This document shows, piece after piece, positions 1 through 13,200 of a DNA stretch of 64,000 nt. The stretch comes from Oopsacas minuta (lineage: Eukaryota; Animalia; Porifera). Location: assembly GCA_024704765.1 (NCBI GenBank), contig JAKMXF010000044.1, positions 372,001-436,000 of the forward strand, in the 5' to 3' direction. Each line of letters begins with the position of its first letter. Positions within the stretch are counted from its first letter, which is position 1. Position numbers and translations under genes: made by a program. The notes beneath the pieces were generated by a model, which worked only from the letters and a program-made list of their open reading frames with translations, did no database searches and was not told the origin of the DNA.

Positions 1-873
1 TTTAAACGTAAATGTAATTCAAGCCTGGAGAGTGGACTGGTACATGAGTCGGTGCTTGTCTTAACTGCCACACCAGTTGTGCCGATATAAATCATAATCT
101 TGTATATTAAATCTCGACGGATTTTGTTTTATGGGTTTGTCCAAGTTGATCGAAGAATTGGTAAGAGCTACGTACTTGAAAATTGGCATGTGTATGTAAC
201 TTGGTAAAACTTAGATGAAATGATAATTTAATAGCGGTTTGTATTCGAAATTCATACTTGGAAATAAAATAAAAATTGAAGAAATAAATATTATAATAGT
301 TGTGAATGTGTTAGTATTTTAGAAAATTAATATAACCAATCGAGCAACTAAAACACGTAATGAAGTTATAAATTCAAATCCTTACCAAGTACCAACAGCT
401 TGAGGAACACATTAAGTCCATAGTGATGTTCGCATTCCCCAAAATTGTTACTCAATCATCTCAGCATAATTGTATTAGAAGTACGTAATAATCTGCAAGT
501 AATTTTGCTTAATAAAAGAATACAAAATTCATTAAAAGCAATTAAATTTGCATTTCAAGGATGTAAACTTGTTCTCTGAAATGTTATTACGTATCATAAT
601 TAAATCTTGAAAATCCATTGTAATTGCAAATGTGAACTGTGAATTAGCTAAAGGTAAAATAGAAATTTATAAATTACTGGAGATTTGGAAATTTAGAGCA
701 AATTTTGTGTAAGAGTTTTCCGTGTAAAAGAATTTCGTGGGTTACATAAAACAAGAAATCAAAATATCCATGGTTGTAGTAAATGGAAAATCAAAAAAAT
801 TATTAAAAGCCTAAAGCAGTTGTCCGCGAAATATTTGTACAATTTAGTATTCGATATAAGCGGGTATTTCGAT

Positions 874-1041
874 ATGTAGAACTCGGATAAGACGTACCTT
901 TGGTTTGTACTTTTCCCAAAACAGATCATCAATTTCCTTGTATAGAAAAAATATTCGGATAAGACGTACTTAGCTTCAGTTATGGATAGTACGTACTATT
1001 TTTGTTTCCCGAGAGGCGTACGTCTAATCCGAGCTCTACTG
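874..1041. mobile_element. Non-autonomous Tc1/mariner-pogo-type MITE (family A, TIR CAGTAGAACTCGGATAAGACG), nested in an older MITE remnant
   Basis: Left end (at)GTAGAACTCGGATAAGACGTAC; right end GTACGTCTAATCCGAGCTCTACTG followed by TA. Same termini as the copies at 2198, 4855 and 50232. It interrupts another element whose right end (GTTCGATATAACTAGAGCTGACTG) finishes at 1072. Confidence 0.75.
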
Positions 1042-2197
1042 TATCCATGTTCGATATAACTAGAGCTGACTGCAATACGTACCATGTATAGGGCGTAAGG
1101 CGATCCTTAATAAATTATCCCTATACATAATTCCCGATCTTTCCTTTAAAAAGGATTGACGATCATGGGTGCGATAATTTATTGAGGGTCGAATTACACA
1201 CTAATAATTTCAAAATATGTGTATTCATTCAATCCCTAACATTCTTGCGATCTATTCTATATAGTGAAACCGCACTATACAAAACACTCGTGGGACCGAA
1301 AACTACCAGCTATATACTTAAATAGAGGTGTTCCCCAGGGATGTATTGTGGGGAACGTGAACGCGCTTCTTTATGGATAATTTAACTGTATTTTCAGTTT
1401 AGAAATTATAATTTAACATTTTATGGCCAAGTAATATATTTTTGTATTATCCTATTTTGTGTTAATATCGTTTTCATGTTGGATTGCTTATTATCCTTCG
1501 ATTTTCAACTAACAAGTACTAAATATGATAGCATCCACGTTTTTGTACTCGGAATCTTCCACAATTAATGAAAATATCTTGTATCTCAAAGGATGTAGAC
1601 AAGTTTGGGAACCTAGGATATCAAAAAGATGCAGAAATTAGTGGAGGAGGGGGCAGTGCTTTGGAGTGTTCCCTTACTTCTATACTTAGGAATACACCCC
1701 TGGTGTTCCCTAATGAGAGGGTAAAGTAGTCATTAGCTCCCCAACTGTAGTACAGGAGTATAATTATCACACACTAGTGATTCTTAAACTATTAAATTTT
1801 AAGTACACTCTTGTGCCTATGAATTGCGTAATACATATATTTTGCCTAAGATAATGTATTGAAATAATTAATTGGATGATAATAAACACCACATGGCCAT
1901 TACTCAGATGAATGGCATGTAGAACTGATACATTTACCACCAACAGCCTTATTAATATTCTCTCGATAATTAAAATTAACCTTCATCATTAATATATGAA
2001 AAATGTTCTCTTTGAAATTTGTGATACAATTTCCTAAGGTTAACTGTTGTGGTGTGTAATAAATTAGTAAGCATTACGTTACAAATATTTATGAATAGAT
2101 TATTCAGTTAATTAGTGCTACATAGCCATGATTCGAGCTTTACTGTCTTGTCATCTTAAGTAGAACCGAAAAGTTATCAGCAACTTGTTGCTGAATA

Positions 2198-2426
2198 CAG
2201 TAGAACTCGGATAAGAAGTCAAGGTTGCCGTGGGGGATTTGTATCCCCATTCCTACAGGATTCTTTGTGGGAAAACCCATCATAAGGAATCATTTCCCAT
2301 TCCCATCCTCAAACCAACAATCTAGTTCTCATTCATTTAATACAATCCCTATTTAGTACACTCGAATAGTGTTAAGTAATACTATTTGGTTTTCCGAGGG
2401 GGGTGCGTGTCTTCTATATCTAGAGT
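2198..2426. mobile_element. Degenerate family A MITE copy
   Basis: TA|CAGTAGAACTCGGATAAGA left terminus is intact; right terminus is degraded (TTTTCCGAGGGGGGTGCGTGTCTT...). Confidence 0.55.
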
Positions 2427-2796
2427 AATTTTCCCAAGGTCATGAGACAAAGTAGGTAAGTTGCCCACAAAAAGGCGACCATTATTATGCAAAATTACCA
2501 TAATAGCTTGTGAATGATCTGAGTATTATAGCCTTGAGTTTTGTTCAATTTCATATCGACACAACAAGAACTAATACTATTTAAAGTGAAGAGCTCCTGC
2601 AAAAGATTAAATTGCGTTTTAATGTATAGGAAAGAGTAAACTATACCAAATTCACTTACGATAGAATATTAAAAGTGAAAAACGAATACACATTCCAGTC
2701 CAAGACAATGAGAACAAAGTTTGTGTTCGTGTCTTGTTCACTCAACTCTAATACTTGGGTCAGACATAATTCTAATTAAATAAGCGAGATCATCTA

Positions 2797-2968
2797 TGGG
2801 GCTGTTCAAACGTTACTAACGCAAATTTCCCTAGATTTTGACCCCCTCCCCTCCCTGTGTCACGTTTTTTAATAGTTTGTAATACAAGAGAATAGGGCTG
2901 TCACATTTTGCATACCAACCCGTACGGCCCTCCCTTTGGTAGCGTTACGTAACGTTTGAACGGCCCCT
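2797..2968. mobile_element. PIF/Harbinger-like MITE
   Basis: Inverted termini GGGGCTGTTCAAACGTTAC ... GTAACGTTTGAACGGCCCC with CTA/TTA flanks. A partial related copy lies at about 36692-36768. Confidence 0.65.
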
Positions 2969-3183
2969 TTACGTATATTAGACAATTGTACAATTGTCTA
3001 GAATGCTATAGTAATGAATACTTAACATAATTGTCGGAACATTATAATAATTGCTTGCAATCTTTACATAGAATCCCATAAATATAAGCTGAATCATCAC
3101 AGAATAAATTGATACTGACTAGCACTGATAAGTAACCAATTAAGGAATCATATAGAGTAGTTGAGAACTTAACTATTGCTATA

Positions 3184-5804
3184 CTACACGATAAGCATTC
3201 CAAGACTGACTGGCATTGTAATTAGTGCTGTCAGTAAAGGAATAGAGACAGAATCCTTAGTGATGACGACACGAATAGCTTCTGTCACTCCTGTATCGGA
3301 AAGACACTCTACTGTTGCTTCGTATGTGTAATTTATGGAAGGAACAAGAAAGGGAATAGGTATAGCATTAATCGTCATACCGTATATAGTAGGATTGTAA
3401 ATGAATGTAATCAGTAATCCTGTAACAGCTATATTGGAGGCATTCTGTACACTAACGGACAGTTTGAATCCAGGACCAAGACCCTGAACCTGTGCGGACA
3501 GTTTAATGTTCTCTGTTGTGACTGAAATAGGAGCAAGACGAGAACCAATAGCTTTCGCATACTCACGTGTTATGTACAGTTTAATTAATTCAAGATCTCT
3601 GTGAAATGTTTGAAATATCGGGATAGAATTCTCTCTCTCTCGGATTGCTTGCTCAGTGTAGAGCTTAGTTTTCTTTGGAAGATTAAGTTTTCCAGGAGTA
3701 ATACTCTTCAACGTATCTCCTACAATTCTTGTCTCTAGATTTGCAGTTCGTTTCAGCATTTTTATAGATAACTTACCACTGCCTGTGATAAGAACAAGAG
3801 TACTGTCCTCTCTCCCAAACCTCCCAAACTTCATACCAATAGCAAATTCCGGTAACATTAACTTATTCACTAATAACTTGTCTCTGTACAATCTAATCTC
3901 TCCACTCTTCAATCCCAAGATGACTCCCTTTATGCCTTTTGATTTAATCTCAATAGCTTCCATTGTAGTGATGCTACTAGGCAACTGTATAGTCCATAGC
4001 TTCTTACCACGTGATGTGTAACATGAGAGAGAATCGTCCATTGCTCCAACTAAAATGTTTTTACCTTGTTTTTCAATACCAACAGCATGTGAACCTGTTT
4101 GTATACAAATCTTAGCTATTTTACTGCCTCCCTTAACAAGATAAATATTTCCATCTCTACAGGAGACATACACCTTATAATCTACCTCATACACCCCTGT
4201 AGTGTATAATAGTACAGGTACACTCGGTAAGTATACACGAGCTAATGCAGTGAAAGCTTCTGGATCTAAAATAAATATTTCTCTATGTTCAGAGCCTATG
4301 ACAATACAACTTATGGCCTTCTCTTCATTGTGAGTTTTCTTTATAGTATCAATACAGGTTATTACAGTTTGCCGCTTGAGAGGACTGTGTTTGTACATGT
4401 TGAAAAATACTTCTAGTTCCTCAGGTAAACATTGCAGTAGTTTCAGTGATCGGGATGTCAGAGGAATTTCAGTGTCTGTAGCCTAAGAACAAAATACAAG
4501 TTTTAATTACAACAACGAGATTTGTATATGTCTCTTTACAAAAGTAATAATAAGAAATTCTATTTTGTCTTGTTTATATTGAAGAATACATAAAAACAAA
4601 TGTAGAGACAAGCCAATATTAGGGAATCGAGTTCAGCATTATATCTAATTAATTCAATACAAATCAGGCAAAAGACAAACAAACAATTAATAAATAGCAG
4701 AGATCTAACACGAAATATTAATGAGATTTTTTAACTAGTAACCTAACGGATCATGGGTCTGGTATTTTCGTGTATAGCAACCTAGGTTGCTGGTTAGAAG
4801 AATCCAATTTAAATTTAAGTGAATGGAGACATATAGTCTATGTAAATACATATACAGTAGAACTAGGTAAATACATACTCGGCTTAAGAGGTACTCTCGG
4901 GTGATACTTACTTTTCTCCAAAACCGATTTTCTATTCTTGTATTAATTGTACCGTATAGGAAGAATATTCAGATAAGACGTACTTAGGTTAGAACGCACT
5001 AATTTTTGTTTCCCGAGAGCACACGTCTTATCCGAGTTCTACTGTATTTATAACTGAATTGATAGACTGCGAAATTTTATCCTCAAAAGATCTAAAATAT
5101 TCCAAAGTTGAGGAGGACAACACAATCATTATTATTTAAAAATACAGCTTCCTCCCAGTTTGTAACAATTAAGCCGAGTTCCAAATTAACCTAAAATTTG
5201 TTCTATTTATTTGAGCTATTTTCCAATTAATCCTGAAAAATAACTCGATTAAACAGAGTCAAATATATATTTAAAATTACTCTACCTGCAACTCTTCTAA
5301 CATTTCCCTAAAGGAAAGTAACTCTAGTTTCTCCTCCTTAGCTTGTTTCCAATACTGAGCTTCAGTCGGGTTTATGTCAAGAGATGGAAGTGTGAATTTG
5401 AAATAAGGCCTTAAGTTTTTGTACACATATACATAAGGTCCTGATGCTACAGCTATAGCAGGAGTCATGGGTTCATTTGTGTCAACAAAGAATGTACATA
5501 AACCTGAAGGTAGGTTAATCAGCTGCATATTAGCCAAGAGAGAAGTACCTTTGTATACCTTTAGACGCATATCAAATGGTGTAGTACCTACGTCAGCAAT
5601 AATTAGTTTATTTTCTCCATCTCCATTCAAATCTTCCAGAGCCATACAGCTTGATGAAGTCTTAATTCCAGCTACCGGATCCTGGTAAGCATTTATCCAA
5701 AAGTCAGAAGCATCAGTGATATTTTTAGAGGGAGAATTCTCTACTTGCTCGCTAGTGGCAGTGAATGAATCTTGTAGATCAGTGCTAACTACTGGAGTAG
5801 CCAT
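3184..5804 (-). CDS. BBS1: Bardet-Biedl syndrome 1 protein (BBSome subunit), 2 exons, 605 aa
   Basis: Exons complement(5286..5804, 3184..4482). Phase-0 intron 4483..5285 with GTAGAG donor and TTCTTAG acceptor joins EELQ|ATDTEIPLTSRSLKLL. Motifs DLNGDGENKL, YVYKNLRPYFKF, KRQTVITC, FGRFGREDSTL, QVQGLGPGFKL match BBS1. First real ATG is 5804; the ORF track starts at an upstream GTG. Confidence 0.96.
4855..5044. mobile_element. Family A MITE inside the BBS1 intron
   Basis: TA|CAGTAGAACT ... CGTCTTATCCGAGTTCTACTG|TA, with TA target-site duplication. Confidence 0.8.
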
Positions 5805-7224
5805 ACACAGACAAACTAGCACAACCGATTTATTATACACAAGTTAATCCTATTATAAAATATTCTGACCGCGTGATTAATCTCAATTTACTAATATATA
5901 CGAACCTCGTTAAATAAGTACACTGTTAACACGTACCTCTGGTTATTGAGTACTAATTTTGATAGTATCCTAGGAAATATGTCATTCTCAGGTACATCAT
6001 CAATACATAGCATGATCACTAGAATGCTATCATCCCTTAGTAATGAAATTATTTCTATTTTTAATATCCGATTAACGAGATTGCGTCCATTTTACGTCGT
6101 TTAATACCGGTATCTTCATAGCAAACCTGGTCGCAGATAGACAAACAATAAAACTTCTGCTCTCTATGATGAAATTACAAACTAGTCTATTATACAAGAA
6201 AATTATTCTCAGTCAATTTCACTTAGCCTAAACCAACGCTCTATTAGGGTAAGCAGTTATCGTTTTTGAAGTGACTTATTCATCCTTTTTGTGTTGTATT
6301 ACAAGTGAGATAATAATGATGACAGCAAATTGCATAATAACTGGACAATGCTCACAGCCCCTTGGTATTCTGTTTCCTATCTGTCTGACAAGGTTGGGCA
6401 AATATCAATACCACTTAAAATCTCCGATAACGATATGCGATACAATTTATCGGGAAATTACCCCATAATAAATATCGATAATGTCAAAATATCAAGAATA
6501 TATCTGGAAGGAAATCAGAAAATATCTGGAGGGAACAAATTTTTGATATTTTGATATTATATACTATTACTGTTAGGATAATTATAGCATGCAGATTCAA
6601 AACAAATTGTGAAATGCCCGAACCAAGCTCTTTAATTCTAATAGGAAATATCTCACCAATTAGAATGAAGAATATTTGACCCCCAACCAATTTGAAACCC
6701 AAATCTCCACACAACTCGATATTTTCGGAATGTGCTATTATCCGCTATATCGCAACCAAACCTCTTTTCTCAAATGTATCTGGGATACAAAGAGGAATTA
6801 CTATTACTATTAGCCTTTAGTTAAATGTAAACTGAGAGGCAGTATACATCGAGCAATTTAATAAACAAATCAGCAGTGGAGTCCACAATTTATAAATGTA
6901 TTAAATCTAGTCATGAATATGTATATACATCTACTTCCAGCTGTGAATGATATAAAAGTTCTAACATATCATAATCAAGTAAAAATGAAATAAGTATACA
7001 TGCTAGAGTGAGATTGAGAGAGATAGAGGGAGGAGGTCTCCTCTAATGTAAGTCGACAACACATATCAAGATTAAAACAGAGTTCAATTGGAAGTGTGAG
7101 TGACATAAATATATATATACAACGCATGATTGATGTCTGACAGGTGTAACATGTCAATCATCCTAAGTGCGATGCCAACTAATATTGATCGAAAGTCGGG
7201 ATTTGGGTTGAACGGAGCTAACTA

Positions 7225-10200
7225 TTAATTATTAATGTCGTATTGTAAAGAGAAATTAGGCTTGTAATCCATAGGAGATACAGGGTTTATTGCAGTGATT
7301 CCCTCGCCTAGGTTTACACCTTCATGTTGAAACTGGTGTACAACTCCTGGAAAATGGAGAGGAAGCTTCAGGCGTCCACTCAGATCAGTTTTGAGATAAG
7401 GAGAGCTAGTAGGTTGACAATTGGGGTCAACCATATGCTCTTCCTGCGGACAGGTAAATAAAGGCATGTGATTAGCAAATGCTGATGCAGCTACGTGTCC
7501 GTTAAGTGGTGATATTATTTGGTTCTGTCCTAACAGGGGTGTAGTTGGTAGGATACCCCCTTTCTTCCCTTTGTTGCCACCTGGTCTTCTGTTACGTGTA
7601 CGAATACATGGCTTCTTCATGGAGAGTGGACGATCAACCTGTAGAAAATAATTGATAAATTAGTCAGTACAAAGCTCTAGAACAAATCGAAAATATGGAT
7701 TCTAACGAGTAAATAATATGAAATTCCAGTAAACTGAACGTAGAATTGTTGACAGATATGTTATGGAATTGGCAAAGAATGAACGCAATTCAATATGGCT
7801 TACAAAAAATATGCAATTTAAATTAATCTCAAAGTTAAGTTCATTAATTTTGTACACACCTAAGTCAATAATTTTGATGCGAAAGGTTACGCTAGTATAA
7901 AACACGAAAATTAATACATATTTAGGTTTTGAAATCTATGAAGATAAGTAAGAATAAGTATGAGAATAGGAAGTATTCTATCTATGCTTCATCACATAAT
8001 CACGGAGACTCATAGTTGAGTGAATCACAAGGGAATCAGACTGTAAGTAAGATAAAACACCTGTAGAAGTTCTTGAGTTAGGATAGTAAGAAATATGTCT
8101 CTGTACATAATGCCACACAATCTATATTGGCTTAGCTGGCATAAGTATAGGAAAAGTGATGATTCACAGGCAAAACTATAGCATTGAGTTATTATGAAGA
8201 CTTTAAATAGCAATGTGTGAAGCAATACAAACTGGTTGATGAAAGTACATTCCTACACTGACGGGATTCAGACTTTTGGAGAATATTATCGAGTGCGACA
8301 GGCTGGTTCCAATTCTTGTAAATGCAATGTGTGTCTGTTCCGAGAATTTTTATTTGATTCGCAGAAAGAGAATAATTAAAATAGATTCCTTAGAAGACAG
8401 TACAACTATGAAGCAATTTTAAATTTGAGTGGATAAAATATTATGCGATTTGATTGAATATCAACACGCTGTCAACATCTACCCAAATTAACTGTCGATT
8501 TATGTGAATTTAATCTCTATTGAGGGAACAATACTTCATCCGTCATAACAATGATAAAGAATTTAGTACTTCGTTGAGATCAATGTTAACTATTAAATGA
8601 TCAAATGTAAATATTATGCAAATGACAATCATACAGAAATATTATATTCTAATACTCTACAGGCTAGTTTGGGAATAGTTCTGAAAAGTAGCTTTATATA
8701 ACAAATTCTAAGAAGGGTGAAGGATAGTTACATAATGCTCAAAGTATAAAGGAATGGGAAATTATTTACAAATATCTTCTTCGTTAACCTATTGAATGGC
8801 TATTCAAAAAATGTCTTCGAATAAATTAACAGTAATCTCATTATTATGACTGTTTAAGTGATGCATTATCTTAAGGAGGGGACATAAGTCGATAAATTGT
8901 AGCAATTTAATCATACGATGAAGACTTAAAATGAGATTTTCAATAAATTATAGAAATGATGAAATTCTCTCATTCAAAGATTAAGGATTCTCTTGAAGTG
9001 ATGAGTTATAAGACAACATTCGTAATTTGAAACGTAATTTAAGAATTTGATTAATAGTTAAGTTATCAAATTACTTATATGTCGACGGCCTACATCGTCG
9101 GTCAGATTTTTAAGTGTGTTGAAAGGTCATTTTTCTAGATAAGTGAAAGGTCACCTTTTATTCTGAGGGGATTGGGTTTTGAATATACAAATTTCGCCTG
9201 ACTTTTAAGTAAACTGAAAATTAATTATTATCCAGGTACAGTGGTGTTCGCCTATTAGCAATATTCGCCCTATAGCAAGTTATTTTCTGGGATTTAGAGT
9301 CAATTTTGTATTGGAATAATTACTCTAATAGCGAGTTCGCGTATTAGCAAGGGAATTCGTGCAAATACGATTTGTTAATAGGCGAACTCCACTGTATGTA
9401 TCAAATAATTTCTGATGAATGTGACAGTAGAAGGTATGATACGGTGCTACAAGTTATCAGTACAAAATGTGCAAATGCGAATCAAGCGTCGATTGACACA
9501 AATAACATTAGGAAATATCAAAGAGCGAAGACCCCATTTCACAGGACACCCTAATATTACTTTATAATTACCATGGATTTAAAACAGTACAAAAAGAGTC
9601 ATTCCCGATAGTGTATTGCATAAAAATGTGTTACACCGTCTTAGTAAAAGATTAAGATCTTAATCTGGCAATACTCTAGGACTCTCCCAATTTTGGAAAA
9701 GGATCACAAACCGGATTGTGTGATTTGTTCCAGGAATCCTAATGCTTTATCTAAATAATTAATTCTGAAAATATGCTAATGTAATTACAGTTATTTATTC
9801 CTTTTACTACATAGACAAAATGTAAAGTAATTAAATTGTCTGTTGTAGTATTCAACTCAAAGCGAGTGATGACAAATTGTGCAATACCGCTACATGCGGA
9901 GGCAAGAGAATGTACAGCTGTTGGGTAATTAAGATGTAAATTGATATCAAACGTTTCAATCATTTCAAAGATTATATAAGTTGTTAATTTTGAATGGATA
10001 TGTTATAGGTTATGCTACAAAGGTGAGAACAGGTACGTAACTCAAATTAATTAAAATATTGTTTTCTATATTTATTCAATTCCAGTATGACCACCAATGA
10101 GAAAAACCACCAAACAAAATCATTTACCCTATTTAACTGATATTAATAGATATCATAACTTCCTTTAAAGTATATTCCTCAAAAAGATAGCTTCTTAATA

Positions 10201-13200
10201 AATTGAAATATTTTGACGTATTTATGTTACTATTATGTTAGCTTTGAGCTGGAAGAATTAATTACCTACATTTCTGTAATTTGGTAGAAACTTTTTGAAT
10301 AAACCAAACATTATCTATATTGTACAATGTAAAATTCGGGTATTTAGTGAGGAAACAGATTGCAAGATCTTCATATATTATTTATAACAATCTCACGCGT
10401 GAAGTGCTTAGTATAATCTTTGGATTATAATTTAGCTCGAATACGTTCTCAATCCATATATTTATCTTTTACATAAATGCATAATCTTTCTGTATAGTAC
10501 AGTGAAACCTCCAAATAAGGGCTTGTGTAACCGAGGAACTTCTGGAAACGGAGTGAAAACGAATAGTACAAATTGCAGCCCCATACAAATGAACCTACAT
10601 AAACGGGGTTGCCCTTTTCGGTGTCCCTGACACTCCGTTTAGAGAGTTTACCTGTATTCATAATTTGTTGGAAAGATTTTGATAAATTATACGATATAAA
10701 CAGATAAATGTAGAATTACATGCTAAAAAAACATAAACTCACCGAATGCAGTTTGTAGTAGAGTCCACATGCATTACATACAACTTGGCCCTCTTTTCTT
10801 CTCCATAGAGATGTGACAGTAGTACCACAGTTAGAACATGCAATTCCTTGTCTTCTGCTTGGTGTCGTCTAGAATAAATTAATGATAATTAAACGAATAG
10901 ACAATTAACTAATTTCCTAAAAATTCGCCAAACCAATCTGTTACATTGCCAAATCAAGTACTGCTACGAATTGATGTGTAATCAAGAGTTTTGAACAGGT
11001 AAGTCAAGTAGGTGTACAAGTGTGTGCAAATAAAATATGTAGGAGGCAAGATAATACAGTAATGGTATTTAGCCTCTCAGATTTCGAATGACGACAAGAC
11101 ATAATTATAATAATTATAATAATTATAATAATTATAATAATTATAATGTAGCGTAATATTAATTTGATCGATTTAGGAATAGTAATTAATATATTCTAAA
11201 ATAATTATGAATCAGAGAATTGAATTTAGAAGATTGATTACATAAGAATCCGCTGAGCTTCTAGTTCGTAGAATACAACAAATATTAAGGAATTTATAAA
11301 ACTTACACTTTTCTTTTTCCTCTGTGCAGGGCGGTCAATGCCATTAGAGCGTTTATATAGTCCACATGCGTTACAGAGATAATTCCCATCTATGTTCTTT
11401 CTCCAGAGTGGAGCATACATTGCACCACAGTTTGTACAAGCACGAGCTATAATAAATTAAAAGACTAATAATATATACTCTACTTTTCATAATCGGGAGA
11501 GATTTTTGTAAAATATTTAAACCAGGTGATAGATATTAATTATAATACAAATTTTGCTGAATATAGACCTAAACTCCTGAAAGAAGGTGTCGCAAAAAGA
11601 GATTTGACAAAATTAATTTTCTTACAAATAAAAAATACTCACTTAAGGCATAATCCAGTTTAACAAGGCCAGGACCAAGCCCATTGAAGCATGAAAATTG
11701 TTGGTCATGTGGAAGTTGTGATTTGATTGATTCTCCTTCGAAAGACTTCTTCATTAAATCATTTTCGAGAGAATGTTGATGTACTGGAGATGTGAGAGGA
11801 TAGTTGTAAGATGGGACTGTATTGTACCAGAATTGAGGAATGGTGTTAGAAGATGGAGCGTATACTGGACTCTCTGTTGTTTCTAAAGAAAGAATTTAAT
11901 CAGAATATATAAATACAAGGTGAATGTAAGGTTCTCATAGATTCAATACTACTTGACAACGAGATTCGAAAGAGATAGTGTAAATCTCGCGAAATTAGTT
12001 AATTGAGAAATCCATGTTTATCCACAAATTTTGTGTAGAATTCTTGATAATTCTGGAAATTTGCATTATTTTTGAATAATTCATAGACTTAGCAATAAGT
12101 ATGCGTATTATGTTATAATTTTGATATTCAACAGGAGCCATAAATTAATAGACAAGAAAAATATGACGTATCAGTGTAATTGAAATTAACGGATTTGAGA
12201 GGAAGCCCTGGGTTAATGTTAGTTCCTAAATAATTGAATTCAATCCATAATTTATTGGTTTCTCACAAAGACACTTGGCGAAGCTGCCTAACAATATTTA
12301 AATACATAGAACTATTGTTACAGCGTTTCAAACTGTATCGTAAGATAATTCAAAATCAATGAATATTTATTAATCGTGGAAAGTAGCCAAACAGTCAAAT
12401 CTTTAATCTGAAGTAAGAATAATGCAAGAATTCGTGTTTAGTCGTAGTTTTCAAAGCACGTTTCAAATTTCATGTTAAATATCGTAAAGATAAAGATTGG
12501 ATTGTCAGGAGAGATCGTAATTAATGTGACAGTATCTCTACTATTGATGACAAAACGGAATCACCAATATTTATGTACTTATGTTGTAAGGAAATTGAGT
12601 AGAACATGCGTAATACGTTTCTCGTTGGGTCATCGAAATACATACATAGGATTGTGGAGACTTCCGCATTGTACAGTACTCGGTCTAGTCGTTCTACTGT
12701 GTTTTCAGTCAATAGTATTGAATGCAAATATTGTAAATATTGAGTGCTGCTAGTGAGTCAGGCCAGATGTCGTGCATAAATTTTACGTATGAATAAATAA
12801 TTCAATGCTGAGCTCTTAATATTGCAACGTTGATGTAAAACGATACGATTCAAAACGTCTACATATAATGCATATATAAAGAATGGATATAGCATGTCAT
12901 ATGGCGCTGGCTAGTACATAGTTTAGATTATCAATACCTCCCCTAATAATAAATCATAGTCCAGGAATGAGAGTATACTTTCATCAGTGGTCTCTCCAGT
13001 ACAATGAGACAATGCTTGGTAACAAATATACCATTTACTGAGCCCAATAGGAGCCATCACGGATAGATACTGAGGATACAGTCAGGAGAATTTGATTGCG
13101 TTAGTTGCAAGTTGGTGCTAATCGTAGTAATACAAGCCAACACAGGGTTGTTCTATCATAACTCTTAGAGTGTAAAGATTAGATTACATGTGCTATACCT

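Noticed and set aside
11238-11420. Stand-alone 60-aa single-finger GATA ORF
   Set aside because: It is exon 3 of the larger GATA gene; the tail after KKKS reads into the intron (GTAAGT donor).
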